This document shows positions 34,481 through 45,215 of a DNA stretch of 64,000 bases, piece after piece (the stretch's first letter is position 1; the number at the start of each line of letters is the position of its first letter). The stretch covers positions 556,373-620,372 of the forward strand of contig RQSC01000029.1 in NCBI GenBank assembly GCA_013416795.1, given 5' to 3'. Source of the DNA: Prasinococcaceae sp. CCMP 1430. Taxonomy: Eukaryota > Plantae > Prasinodermophyta. The notes beneath the pieces were generated by a model. That model was not told the origin of the DNA and did not search any database. It worked only from the letters and a program-made list of their open reading frames with translations. The position numbers were made by a program, and so were the translations under genes.

Positions 34481-35752
34481 GCGGCCGCCGACGGCGCATG
34501 CGCGTCGACGGACGCCGCGCCCCCGGCCGCCGAGACGGTCGCGCTGGCGGACGTCGCGCACGCGTCGGTGACCAACGCCGCGGGCATGATACTGCCCGCG
34601 GGCGAGGGCGTCGACGGCAAGGCCGCCTTTGTCGTGGCCGTGCTGGACGCCAGCGAGGCCGTGCAGTACATCGGCTTCTCCAAGGACCTGCGCAACACGC
34701 TGCGCAAGCTCTTCTGCCGCCGCGCCGAGCGCACCCACTACTACAAGGCCGTGGGCTACGACGCGGTCGACCAGGCCGCGATGCTCGCGCAGCGCCAGGC
34801 CTGGTTCGACGAGCTGGGCGAGCCGCCCGCGGGCAACGCCGACCCGCGCCAGCGCGCGCTCTGGGAGCAGCCGGTCGACAGCGGCGCGGTGAGCGAGCGC
34901 GGCGCGCTGCCGGCCGCGAAGAACCGCGCGGCCGAGCTCGAGGCCGCCATCCGCGCGCGCGGGCTCACCGAGCCCATCGAGTGGAACCAGGAGCTGCTCC
35001 GGCAGGGCAAGTGCGACGTGGCGGATGCCGAGGCGCTCTCCGAGGCCGAGGTGGGCGCCCTCCGTGCGCAGCAGGAGGAGCTGGAGAGCAACATGCGCTC
35101 GGTGGAGGGCGTGTTCGCGCGCAGCGGCGAGCCCTTCAGCTTCCCGCTGCTCATCGAGAGCCGCTTCGAAACCAACGGCGGCTACATGGTGGACGTGGTC
35201 GTCACCTACGAGGACACCAACACCAACCACCGCCTGTTCCTCGGCAAGGAGTACTACGAGGCGGTGGGGGCGACGCCCGACGAGATGGTGTGCGAGATTT
35301 TCAAGTGGCTCGTCGCGCACAAGACGCCGCTCCACACGGACGGCACCCTCGAGATCGACGACTTCCCCGTGAACTACTTCTCGAGCAGCCAGGTCATCCA
35401 GCGCTGGCCGGACTTCGCGGGCGTTTTTGAGGAGCGCTCGGGGGGCAAGCAGCTGCCGGGCTTCGAGTCGTTCTTCCACGCCCGCACGGTGGAGGAGTAC
35501 GGCAACCTGAGCGACCCCGACGCGAATCGCGAGTTCGAAATCGGGCCCTACGCGCCCTACGGCAAGGTCGGCGAGAAGTCGTGGGCGGGCGACGGCAAGG
35601 ACGACCTGACCGAGGGGGAGCGCTACTACGACCCCTTCGACTTCGAGGGCCAGGACGAGGACGCTGTGCTCAGCCCCCACGCCAAGCTGCTCCACGCCAA
35701 GGGAAGGAAGAGCAGCGTAGGCGACATCGAAGACCAGCTCGCCGCCTTCTGA
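34481..35752 (+). CDS. Cyanobacterial/plastid-type GIY-YIG-like domain protein with a C-terminal extension; 5' end in N gap
   Basis: VVAVLDASEAVQYIGFSKDLRNTL..AWFDELGEPPAGN..WEQPVD resembles the GRXS16 N-terminal / cyanobacterial GIY-YIG-like family; high GC3. Confidence 0.6.
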   Translation, partial: AAADGACASTDAAPPAAETVALADVAHASVTNAAGMILPAGEGVDGKAAFVVAVLDASEAVQYIGFSKDLRNTLRKLFCRRAERTHYYKAVGYDAVDQAAMLAQRQAWFDELGEPPAGNADPRQRALWEQPVDSGAVSERGALPAAKNRAAELEAAIRARGLTEPIEWNQELLRQGKCDVADAEALSEAEVGALRAQQEELESNMRSVEGVFARSGEPFSFPLLIESRFETNGGYMVDVVVTYEDTNTNHRLFLGKEYYEAVGATPDEMVCEIFKWLVAHKTPLHTDGTLEIDDFPVNYFSSSQVIQRWPDFAGVFEERSGGKQLPGFESFFHARTVEEYGNLSDPDANREFEIGPYAPYGKVGEKSWAGDGKDDLTEGERYYDPFDFEGQDEDAVLSPHAKLLHAKGRKSSVGDIEDQLAAF

Positions 35753-36082
35753 GCCGCAGGGCGCAGACGCCGCTCGCGCTCGCGGGCGAGGTACTTGTAA
35801 GACTATCGAGGCGTCTCGTCGAGGCGTCAGGAATGTCCTCAAGAGTATGTTACACTCCCCGCCCCGCCGACGGGGAGCACGCACGCGGCACACAACAGAG
35901 CGCGCGCGGCCAGCGGTCGCGATGGCGCCCGCACAGCACATGCACGTGGGTACTCGCGTCGGCGGCACCGCCGGCGCGCGTCACCACTTCGCCCGATCCG
36001 TCAGGCGCAAGTCTCCGCCCGCACGCCCTCACCTCCCTCCCCCCCCACAAGACCACCACCGCCACCGCCACCGGCATTGCCA

Positions 36083-38700
36083 TCAGCCGACAATCTCGAG
36101 CGCTTTCAGCGCGGCGTCGCGTGAGCGCCGGTTGCGCCTGCAGAGGTCCTTGAACTCTACGAGGGCGAGGTACAGCTGCCTGCCCGGCGTCTCCGGAGCG
36201 CCCTGCGCGGCCGCGTCAGCGCACACCTTGAACGCCGCGAACAGCGCCTCCTTGTCTTTGGCCTGCGCCACCGCGTCGGGCGTGCGTGCGATGACGGCCT
36301 GCGCCCAGCCGCAGATGTGCTCGTGGCAGAGCGTGCTCAGCGCCGCGAGCACGTCGGTGATCTCCGCCACGCGATACTCGGGCACGGCGCCGGCGACGCC
36401 GGCGAGCAGCTGCCGCAAGAGCGCCGCGCCCACGGGGGCCAAGGCTCCCACTACGAGCGGCGCCGCCTCGGGCATGTGCTGCAGCAGGCGTCCGCTGGGC
36501 GAGCGCAGCGACGGCGCCAGCGGCACCTCGAGCAACGACGCGAGGAACGCGTACAGGCTCGTGCCCGCATCGCGGTGCTGCACGTTGGCGCCGGCCGCCG
36601 CGCTCGCCGTGAGCCGGGCGAGCGGGGCACCCTCGCGCAGCAGGAGGCCCGGCGCGTGGCGCAGGGTGACGCTCGACAGCAGGAACGTGTCGTCCGCGAG
36701 GTAGGGGTTGGCGTTGAAGGCCGAAGGGACCGCCAGCGCGCCCGCCGCCGCATCGATCATGGCGTCGAGCATGCCCGCCACCGCCGCCCCCAGATCCGGC
36801 TGGCGGAGCGCACCCACGATGCGCACGCACTCGCTGGCGACGTACAGGAGCGCCTCGTGGCGCCTCGTTGCGAACGCCTGCCCAATGGCCGGGCACACGG
36901 CCGGCAGCGTGCCGGCCGCGCGCTGGTGGCCCAGCCCTCGCAGCGCCGCCTTGAGCAGCCGGCACAGCCTTTCGATCACCCAGTCCTCCGCCTGTGCCAT
37001 GCCCAGCGTCCCGCTCAGCAGCGGCCAGAGCTGCTCGAATGCCCCCGCGAGAGCCTCGTTGAAATCCTTCAGCCGGTCGAACACCGAATGCAGGCCATCG
37101 AGCGTCTGCGATATCCCGTAGCAGTCGGAGGTGGCCTGCGCCCGCCGCAGCAGCGCCTCGAGGGCCTGACCGAGGGCGCGCACCATCTCGTTGGCCGTGG
37201 AGGCCACGCCGTCGGGCGGCTGCATGCGCGCGGCCACGCACACGGCCTTCGCCATCTCCTCGATGACGCCAAAGCCGCACGCTGCGGCGGGCGCCTCTGG
37301 CGAGCCCTGCGCCTCGGCGGAGAGGCGCGTGCAGAAGGCGCCCACGAGCGCCGGCAGCGCGCCCACCGCGAGAAGCTCCGCCGCGCAGTCCGCGCACACG
37401 TTGTAGAGCGCCGACGAGGCCGCGTCGGCCGCCTCCCACTCCCAGAACTTGCGCGACTCGGCCACCTGGACGCCGAGCGTCGCGTCCCCCGCCAGGCCGG
37501 CCCCCGGCGCGAGCGCGCGCAGCACCAACGCGCACACGGGCTCGAGCAGCGCCTGGCCCTCCGGCCCCCTGCGCGCGGCGTCGGCCAGCAGCGGCGCGAA
37601 CTTCTGGACGACCAGCACCGCCGTGTAGCGCACTTCGGCCGGCGCGCCCGCCGGCAGGCGCGTGAGCAGCTGCAGCAGCTGCATCGCCACCGGCGAGCCG
37701 AACGGCACCGAGCCCGCCACGCTGCGAATGCAGTACAGCGCGGCCTCGGGCGTGCGCCAGTCCGCGGGGAGCACCCCGGCGCCCCCCGCCTGGTTTTGCA
37801 GCGCCTGGCCGAGCGCCTCGAGCCCCTGAGCGAGCTGCAGCAGCACGTTGGCGCCGCCCGCCACCGACGCAGCCGCCTTGAGCGTGTCCGCCACCGCCTG
37901 CCGCGACTCCTTGAACTCGGAGCGCTTGCTCTGGTCCCACGCCTCGTGCCCCTCCGGGAACTTCGCGCGCCCGCATATCCGCCGCACGAGCTCCACGAAG
38001 GCCGGCGCGTACACGCCCTTGCGGCGGTCGACCTCGCCAGGGGGAGCGCCCGGCGGCGGCGGCGGCGGCGGCGCGGCGCTCCCGCCCGGCGGCGGCGACG
38101 CCGGCCCGTCGTCCTCGAAGACCGCCCTCCCGGGGTCCGTGATGGCGCCCGCCAGCCTCTGCCAGAAGTTGTACGTCATGGAGCAGATGGCGTCGTCCGG
38201 GTGCGCGTTGATCTCGAGCACGGCGGCGACGAAGCGGCAGGCGTCGGGCGAGCCGCGCGCGACGAGCTCGAAGTACGTGTCGCCCGCCTCGACGATGAGA
38301 CGCGCGAGGGACTTGGCCTCGTCCTCGGAGCCCACCTCGCCGCGCGAGGCCTCGTCGCGCAGCGCGACGAAGCGCGGCCCCAGCGCGACGGCCTTGCCCA
38401 GCAGCCCGCCCGCGAACCCCTCCGCCTCGGTGACCGGCAGGCCGCTCACCGTCGGCGTGGTCGTGCGCATGACCTCGCAGAGCGCCTCGACCGCGCCGTA
38501 CAGCACCGCCTCGTCCCCGCTGTCCAGGCAGCCCACGGCGAAGGACACCATCGGGTGCGCGCACAGCGCGGCGAGCGGCACCGAGCCCTCGGCCTCGCGC
38601 ACCCACGTCGCCAGCGAGAGCAGCGTGCGCTCAGAGAGCGCGGCGCCGCCGCCCTCGGCGCCCGTCGCGGCCGCGCACTGCCCGAGCAGGTCGAGCGCGC
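36083..38700 (-). CDS. Importin-beta family, transportin-3/MOS14-like; 5' end lost at junction near 38720-38745
   Basis: HEAT-like helical ORF; LEINAHPDDAICSMTYNFWQRL, WRTPEAALYCIRSVA, HEALLYVASECV. Confidence 0.78.
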
Positions 38701-38744
38701 GCGGCGCCTACACACGCTCGGGGGCGGCGTGTCAAGGATAAGTC

Positions 38745-39758
38745 CGGAGACGAACCGAGACAACGGGGCTCCACTTCCGTCGTGGGGTGGCGCGGTGTGC
38801 ATGGACTGGGCAAACGATGAGCGCCCATGCCTCGCAGTGGGCTTCACTTCTGGCGGCATCCTGATTGTTCGGGGAGGGTCTACAGACGAACGCCCGAACA
38901 GAATGTCTGCTACCGACGCCGACAGTGGCGAGGGCACAAGCGCTTTCGGCTCGGAACGAGTGTGGTTGAAGGCATGCAACAAGCCCAAGTCAAAGGGCAA
39001 AAAGGGCAAGGGCGCGCACGCACAAGCTGCCGATTACGCACACGTGCCCGTGCCGTGCGTCGCGTGGTCGCCCTCCGACCCTTCGCTACTCGCTGCGGGG
39101 CTCGCCGACGGCGCGGCGGCGGTGTGGCGCATCTCCACTGCCGCGCCAAAACCTGGCGACCACACGGGGACCGACGCCGGGGTGGAGACGTCACGCTCTC
39201 TCTCTGCTCAATGCATCGCTCGAGTGGAGGGGCACAGCGCGCGCGTGCAGGCCGTTTGCTGGTGCCTGTTGAGCCCCGGCGCACTCTTCACCACCTCAGA
39301 GGATCAGACAATCCAGGCCTGGGACGTCGGGAGTGCGGAGGCTGCTGCTGCTGCGGAACGCGCAAATGCCGACGCCGAGGCGCGCAAGCTCGAGGCAGCT
39401 GCCAGACGCGAGCGCGATGCCAAACGCCGTGAAGTGAAAGAGAGGGAAGCCAATGCTTTTGCGGCTGCGGAGGCTTCGGCGGAAGCAGCGGCAGCTGTCG
39501 CGCCTGACAGAGCTGGCGTCACCGTGGCGGCGGCAAGCACGGCGTCCGAGAGTAGCACCGAGCAATCCCTGCCGGTGTCTCGAGCGGCCGCAAGCGGTAT
39601 CTCGCGTGTGCACACAAGCAGCGGCGCGGTACCAGCTCGAGACCACATCGAGAGCAACGGCAACACCGCTATGAGTCCCGTGAGCTTGAATGCTGCAAAC
39701 GCTGTGCTGGGCTCAAACTTGAGTGCCGGTGCGTCAAAACCAGTTGGCAAAAGCCGTA
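38745..39758 (+). CDS. WD40-repeat protein fragment (GEMIN5-like is tentative); both ends truncated
   Basis: CVAWSPSDPSLLAAGLADGAAAVWR, GHSARVQAVCW..FTTSEDQTIQAWD; ends at single N 39759. Confidence 0.55.
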
Positions 39759-39759
39759 N

Positions 39760-40818
39760 CGGCGCGCCCGTGCCTGCGGCGGCGGCGGCGCCCGCCGCGG
39801 CGACGGCCGGCGTCTCGGACGCGCCGCTCAGCCGCAAGGAGGTGCGCGAGTACAAGCGCTCCGGCGCCAAGCACTTCGACTTCTCCAGCCGCTTCCTCGG
39901 CCAGGGCGACGAGGGCGCCGACGTGCGCCGCGTGCAGGAGTTCCTCCGCTCGGAGGGATACTTCACGCTCGCCGAGACCACCAAGTTCTTCGGACCCGTC
40001 ACCACCACCGCACTCATGCGCTGGCAGCAGGACGTGGGCGTGCCGGCGACGGGCCTCTTCGGGCCCATGTCGCGCGCCGCCTACAACAAAATCGTGCGCG
40101 GCAGGCTCGCGCGCGAGGCGGCCGCGCCGGCGAGCGACGCGAAGAAGAAGGCCGCGCCCGCCGCGCCCGCCACGCCCGCGCCGGCCACCGCGGCCGTGTC
40201 CAAGGAGAAGACCGACGCGTCGGTCGCGGCGGCGTCGGCGCCCGCGAGCGCGGCGGCCGCGCAGCCCAAGGCCGACGCCGCCGCCGCCCCGGAGCTCACC
40301 GACAGCGCGGACCTCAAGGGCACGGGCCACTCGACGGGCGGCTGGAAGCAGCTCGGTGTCATCAAATTCCGCTACGCGCTCCTCGCCCTCCAGAATGGAC
40401 TGGTTGACGTCGCGGTNNNNNNNNNNNNNNNNNNNNNNNNNNNNNNNNNNNNNNNNNNNNNNNNNNNNNNNNNNNNNNNNNCGCCGCCGCCGGCGGCGGA
40501 GGCGGCGGCCTCGTGGGCGCCGGCTGGCTCGCCGCCGCGGCGATCGGCGTGGCGTTCTGGCTGCGCCACAGGGCCGTCGAGGAGGAGCGGGCCATCGAGA
40601 AGGCGCTGCTCGACGAGACGCTCGAGGAGGACCGCTCGCGCCAGCTGGACCGCTTCTCGGCGATCATGGACAGCGACCGGGAGGGCGAGGAGCTCGGCGC
40701 GAACATCACCGCGGGCGAGGCGCTGTGGGCGGCCAAGGCCGTCGCCGAGGACGACCGCGCGCGCGCGCGCGGGGCGGACGGCGGCGGCTCCGTCAACGGC
40801 AACGGGGCGCTCAGGTAG
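39760..40818 (+). CDS. Protein with a peptidoglycan-binding-like domain (PGBD) and a probable C-terminal TM helix; interrupted by N gap 40417-40481
   Basis: LGQGDEGADVRRVQEFLRSEGYF..FGPVTTTALMRWQQDVGVPATGLFGPMSRAA is a typical PGBD pattern; GWLAAAAIGVAFWL follows the gap. Confidence 0.65.
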
Positions 40819-41332
40819 GATCCTGCCTCCCCTTCCCCTGCCCCTCCATTCCCTCGCCCCCCTTGCCCCTTGCGAGCGAAGCGCCCCGCCGCCTTCCCGG
40901 CGCGGCGCCGGCCCACGCCATCCCTGTAACACACCCCACTTGCAGCCTACCTCGCGCTGATGACCCTGATGCCGCGCCCCCCCCCACACCCTTCGCTCCG
41001 CGCCTCAGTCCTGGTTGGCAAGGGGAGGCGCGTCGTCGCCAAGGCCCTCGTCAAGGCCCGCGAGGACCCCCGCCGCCCGGCGCGCCGAGCCGAGCCGATG
41101 AGGACAAGTACTAGTAGTTCGGCCGGGCCCGTGGCCCCTGCCGTCGCGGCGCGCTCCCCAGCGAGGGGTTGGCGCGCGACCATGTCGTCCCTCCCCCTCC
41201 GACGCGCGCGCGCGCGCGCGCGCACCGCGAGGTAACACATGCGTAGTGAGCCGCGGGCGCTCGCCCGCCAGACGCGCGCCGGCCGCGGCGTCGCCAGAGG
41301 CTTATTATTACGTGCTGCGCGAGCCGCGGGGC

Positions 41333-42068
41333 TCAGGGCCGCGGGGGCGGGTCCGGCTCCTCGCTGTCCTCGTAGGCGACCGCTCTGGCAAGCACTTTGG
41401 CGTCGACGGCGAGCGGCTGCGGCGGCACGGCGCACAGCATGATGCTGTTCTCGCGCTCGCAGTGCTCGAGCAGGCGCGCCACGGCCGCTCGCTCGGCGGT
41501 CAGCGCCGCGGACCAGCGCGCGCTGCCGGCGCTCGCGGCGCTCGAGGGGCAGTTCGCGCGGAGATCCTCCGCCGCGGCCTCGACTTTCGCCTCGCTCTTG
41601 CGCATCAGCGAGAGCGCCTCGCCCGTCTTCGGAGCCGTGCCCTCCTCCGCCAGCAGCGCCATCGCCATGCGCCGCCGCGAGCGCGCGCCGCTCAGCGCCT
41701 GCGCCGCCCGCAGGTAGTGCAGCAGCGCCGCGGGCGCCGTCTCGAGGCACGACGTGGCCGCCCTGAGCGCCTCGGACGCCGCGTCGTAGAGGTCGCGCGA
41801 CCCGCGGTACAGCTTGGCCACCAGCGCGTCCGAGGTGCCGCGGCGCTCCGCGGAGCACGCCACCGCGGTCTGCGCGTCGGCGAGCGCCACCGCCCCCAGC
41901 GCTCGGCACACGGGCGCGTACAGCTCGGCGGGTCGCTCGGCGCCCATGGCGATGGGCTCGCCCGTTTCGTCCGACTCGGCCGCGTCCACGGCCGTCGCCG
42001 CCGCCTCCCACGCGCCGGCCGCGCGGCGGAGGAGCAGCGCGCCCTCCTTCTCCGCGGCGGCGGCGCGC
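41333..42068 (-). CDS. C-terminal part of a BRO1-domain protein; 5' truncated
   Basis: ALADAQTAV, LVAKLYRGSRDLY, CERENSIMLCAVPP match BRO1 C-terminal patterns. Confidence 0.6.
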
Positions 42069-42069
42069 T

Positions 42070-42437
42070 CGAGACTTGCTCAACTTGCGGCGCGTCGCGC
42101 GTTTCATTAGCCCCTACCTGCCTCTGGACATCATGCCCATCGCCGAAGAGAGCCTCAAGCAGATTCCGCTGGAGTTCGACTTCGACCGCGAGCGCGAGAT
42201 GCAGAAGCACGTCAAAGCCACGCTGTCCGCGGCGGGCTTCGACAAGACCATCTACGTGCCTGCGTGCGTGGATGCGGTGTCGTCGGAGCGCCTCCTCGTG
42301 ATGGAGCGCGTGTACGGCGAGCCCCTTTCAGCGCTGCTGCGCGCGAAGGAGGCCGAAAGTGCGCCGGGCGGCGAGCCGCTCGGCGACAAGGAGCGCGCCA
42401 TGATCGAGGCGGTGCCCGAGGCGCTCATCGAGCTGCT
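42070..42437 (+). CDS. Fragment of an ABC1/UbiB atypical kinase
   Basis: DLLNLRRVARF, LEFDFDRE, IYVPACVDAVSSERLLVMERVYG; bounded by a junction at about 42069 and N at 42438. Confidence 0.7.
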
Positions 42438-43208
42438 NCGGGCGGCGGCGCGAACGCCAGCGAGGCGGAGGGCGCCGCGCGGAAGCGCGCCAGCGACGCT
42501 CCCTCGCCCTCCATCGCCGACCCTCCCGCCCGCCTCGCGTCGGCGGGGGGGAGGGGGGGGAGGGGGGAAAAGGGGCGCGAGCGCGCGCCCTGTGGCCGCC
42601 GCCCAGGTGCCCGGCGTACCCCCCGGCGCGCGCGCCCCTTCGATCCATGATCTCGTTCTCGCTCGAGTCTCCCCCGGCGCTGCCGCGCGCCGCGGGAGCG
42701 CCGCCAGGTGGAAAGCAACCAGCGACGGTGAGGAGGATCCTCAGCAGCGCCGCGCGGCGAAAAAGGGTAGTAAGCGAGAGGGTTCACACGTCCCCGTCCG
42801 AACCCGAACGCGCGCGCCGCGCGGCCTAAAAGGGTAAGAGAGAGGGTTTGTACTCCGCGCGCTTTGTCTCGGGCGCGGCGTGATGTGGGTGCGCCACCAC
42901 GCGACGACGCCCCACCGCCGAGTGGGTTGGGGAGTCCTGCGTGTGGCTGTGGTGAGCCCGGCCGCGCGCTTTCCGACGGCGCAGGCGCCGCCGGCGGGGG
43001 GACCGACGCCGGCGCCGGCGGGGAGGAGGGGGGGGGCCCTCGCTTGCCGGTGGCGACAGCGACAGCGACAGCGGGTCCGAATGTGAGGCGCCGATCTTCC
43101 TCGGAAACGGCGGCAGCGTCGGAGGCGCGCCCGCTGACGCAGCGAGCGGTTGGGACGCGCGGCTGGCAGCTGAGCTTGGCGTGGATGTAGAGTTTGCCAG
43201 ACCGCAGN

Positions 43209-45215
43209 GCGACGCGGGAGCGCGACGGCGCGGCCGGCGACGCGGGGGCGGCCGAGGCGGCGGGGGAGGCCGGGGCGGCCGGACGCTCCTCCATCCGCGG
43301 CTTCCTGCGCGGCAAGTCGCTGCTCGTGACGGGCGCGACGGGCTTCCTGGCCAAAGTGCTGCTCGAGAAGATCCTGTACGAGGTGCCCGACGTGGGGACG
43401 TGCTACCTGCTCATCCAGCGGCGCGGCGCGCTCTCCGCGCGGGAGCGCCTCGAGCAGATGGTCGCGTCGTCGCCGGCGTTCGACCGCCTCCGCGCGAGGC
43501 ACGGCGACGACTACGCGCGCGTCATGGGCGCCAAGCTGGTCGCCGTGGAGGGGAGCATCGGCGAGGAGTCGCTCGGCATGAGCGCGGACGACCTCGCGGC
43601 CGTCCAGGCCGACGCGAGCGTGGTGGTCAACAGCGCCGCGACGACCGCCTTCGACGAGCGCTACGACGTCGCGATGAACGTCAACGCGCTGGGACCGCAG
43701 CGGGTGCTCGACGTGGCCAAGGGATGCGCCCAGCTCGAGCTCGTCCTGCACGTCTCCACCGCCTTCGTGAACGGCCTGCGCGAGGGCGCCACGCCCGAGC
43801 GCGCCTTCGCCATGGGCGACTGCATCGCGGCGGAGATGGGGCGCGACCCGGGCGCGCCGCGCGCGGTGGACGTCCGCGGGGAGCTCGCCATGGCGATGGG
43901 CGCCGAGGAGAGGCTGCGTCGCGAGCACGCCGGCCAAAGCGCTGGCGGCGGCGGCGGCGGCGGCGGTGCCGGCGCCTCCGAGGCGGACGCCTACGTGACG
44001 ACCGCCCTGCAGGCGCTCGGGACGGAGCGCGCGTCGATGCACGGCTGGCAGGACACGTACGTGTTCACGAAGGCCATGGGCGAGATGCTGCTGGGCGAGG
44101 GCGCGCGCGCGCACGGGGTGCCCTTGGCCATCTGCCGCCCGTCGATCGTCGAGAGCGCGCTGCGCGAGCCGCACCCCGGCTGGGTGGAGGGCATACGCAT
44201 GTGCGACCCTATCATCATCGCGTACGGCAAGGGCCAGCTCAGGGGCTTCCTGGGCGACAGGAACGGCGTGCTCGACGTGGTGCCGGTGGATCACGTGGTC
44301 AACGCCATGCTGGCGGCGATGCCCGCGCACGCCAGGGCGCGCGAGGGGCGGCGGCGACGAGGCGAGCGCCGGGAGGGTGTGGGCGGGGAGGGCGGGCAGC
44401 TGGGGCAGGGGCAGGGGCGGCAAAACGGGCAGGCGCAGCAGGGGCGGCAGCACGAGCAGCAGGGGCGGGTCGCCCAAGGCCCGCCGCCGGCCGACCGCCC
44501 CCCCGTCTTCCACGTGGCCACCAGCGTGGCCAACCCGCTCGGCATCGAGCAGTTCGTGGAGCACGCCAGCAGGCACTTCGCCGAGCACCCCATGGCCGAC
44601 CCCAAGACGGGCGAGCCCATCCGAGTGGACCCCATGGCGATCTACCCGGACGAGAGGTCGTTCCTGCGGGACAGCTGGCTGCGCTACCAGCTGCCGCTCA
44701 AGCTCGCGAGCCTGCTCCCGTGGCGCGACGCCCGAAAGGACTCGCGACGGGCGGCGGTCCTGCAGAAGGTCTTCGACCAGCTCGCGTACCTCGCGAGCAT
44801 ATACGCCAGCTACACTTTCTACGCCGGTCGCTTCGACGCCGCGCGCACGCGCGAGCTCTACGAGGGCCTCGACGACGAGGAGCGCGAGGTGCGACAGCGC
44901 GACAGCGCGACAGCGACGGCGCGACAGCGCAATCGCTGCCGATGCCCCTCCGATTTAGCGAGGCCCTTCCCGAGGAACGCCCCCTCGCCCGCGCGCCCGC
45001 GTGTGTGTCCGCCGTCTCCCCGCATGCCGCGCCGGCCCGCCCGTCTCGGGCGGTGCGACTGGCGGCCGCTGACAGCACCGCGCTGGCGCCGCCCGCCCGC
45101 GCGCCCGCAGCTCTTCGGATTCGACGCTCGAGCGATCGACTGGGGCGAGTACATGGGCGGTACGCACCCGGCCGGGCTGCGCAAGTTCGTGCTGAAGAAA
45201 CCCGTGCGCGAGTGA
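43209..45215 (+). CDS. Alcohol-forming fatty acyl-CoA reductase (FAR/male-sterility family); intron 44889-45110; 5' end at N 43208
   Basis: GKSLLVTGATGFLAKVLLEKIL, SAATTAFDERYD, LHVSTAFV, YVFTKAMGE (YxxxK), RPSIVES..PGWVEG, DVVPVDHVVNA, IDWGEY..HPAGLRKF. Confidence 0.92.
   Translation, partial: ATRERDGAAGDAGAAEAAGEAGAAGRSSIRGFLRGKSLLVTGATGFLAKVLLEKILYEVPDVGTCYLLIQRRGALSARERLEQMVASSPAFDRLRARHGDDYARVMGAKLVAVEGSIGEESLGMSADDLAAVQADASVVVNSAATTAFDERYDVAMNVNALGPQRVLDVAKGCAQLELVLHVSTAFVNGLREGATPERAFAMGDCIAAEMGRDPGAPRAVDVRGELAMAMGAEERLRREHAGQSAGGGGGGGGAGASEADAYVTTALQALGTERASMHGWQDTYVFTKAMGEMLLGEGARAHGVPLAICRPSIVESALREPHPGWVEGIRMCDPIIIAYGKGQLRGFLGDRNGVLDVVPVDHVVNAMLAAMPAHARAREGRRRRGERREGVGGEGGQLGQGQGRQNGQAQQGRQHEQQGRVAQGPPPADRPPVFHVATSVANPLGIEQFVEHASRHFAEHPMADPKTGEPIRVDPMAIYPDERSFLRDSWLRYQLPLKLASLLPWRDARKDSRRAAVLQKVFDQLAYLASIYASYTFYAGRFDAARTRELYEGLDDEEREVRQRDSATATARQRNRCRCPSDLARPFPRNAPSPARPRVCPPSPRMPRRPARLGRCDWRPLTAPRWRRPPARPQLFGFDARAIDWGEYMGGTHPAGLRKFVLKKPVRE

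Noticed and set aside
42840-43207. Minus-strand fragment LRSGKLYIHAKLSCQPRVP next to N 43208
   Set aside because: Too short, no family match, and adjacent to an assembly break.
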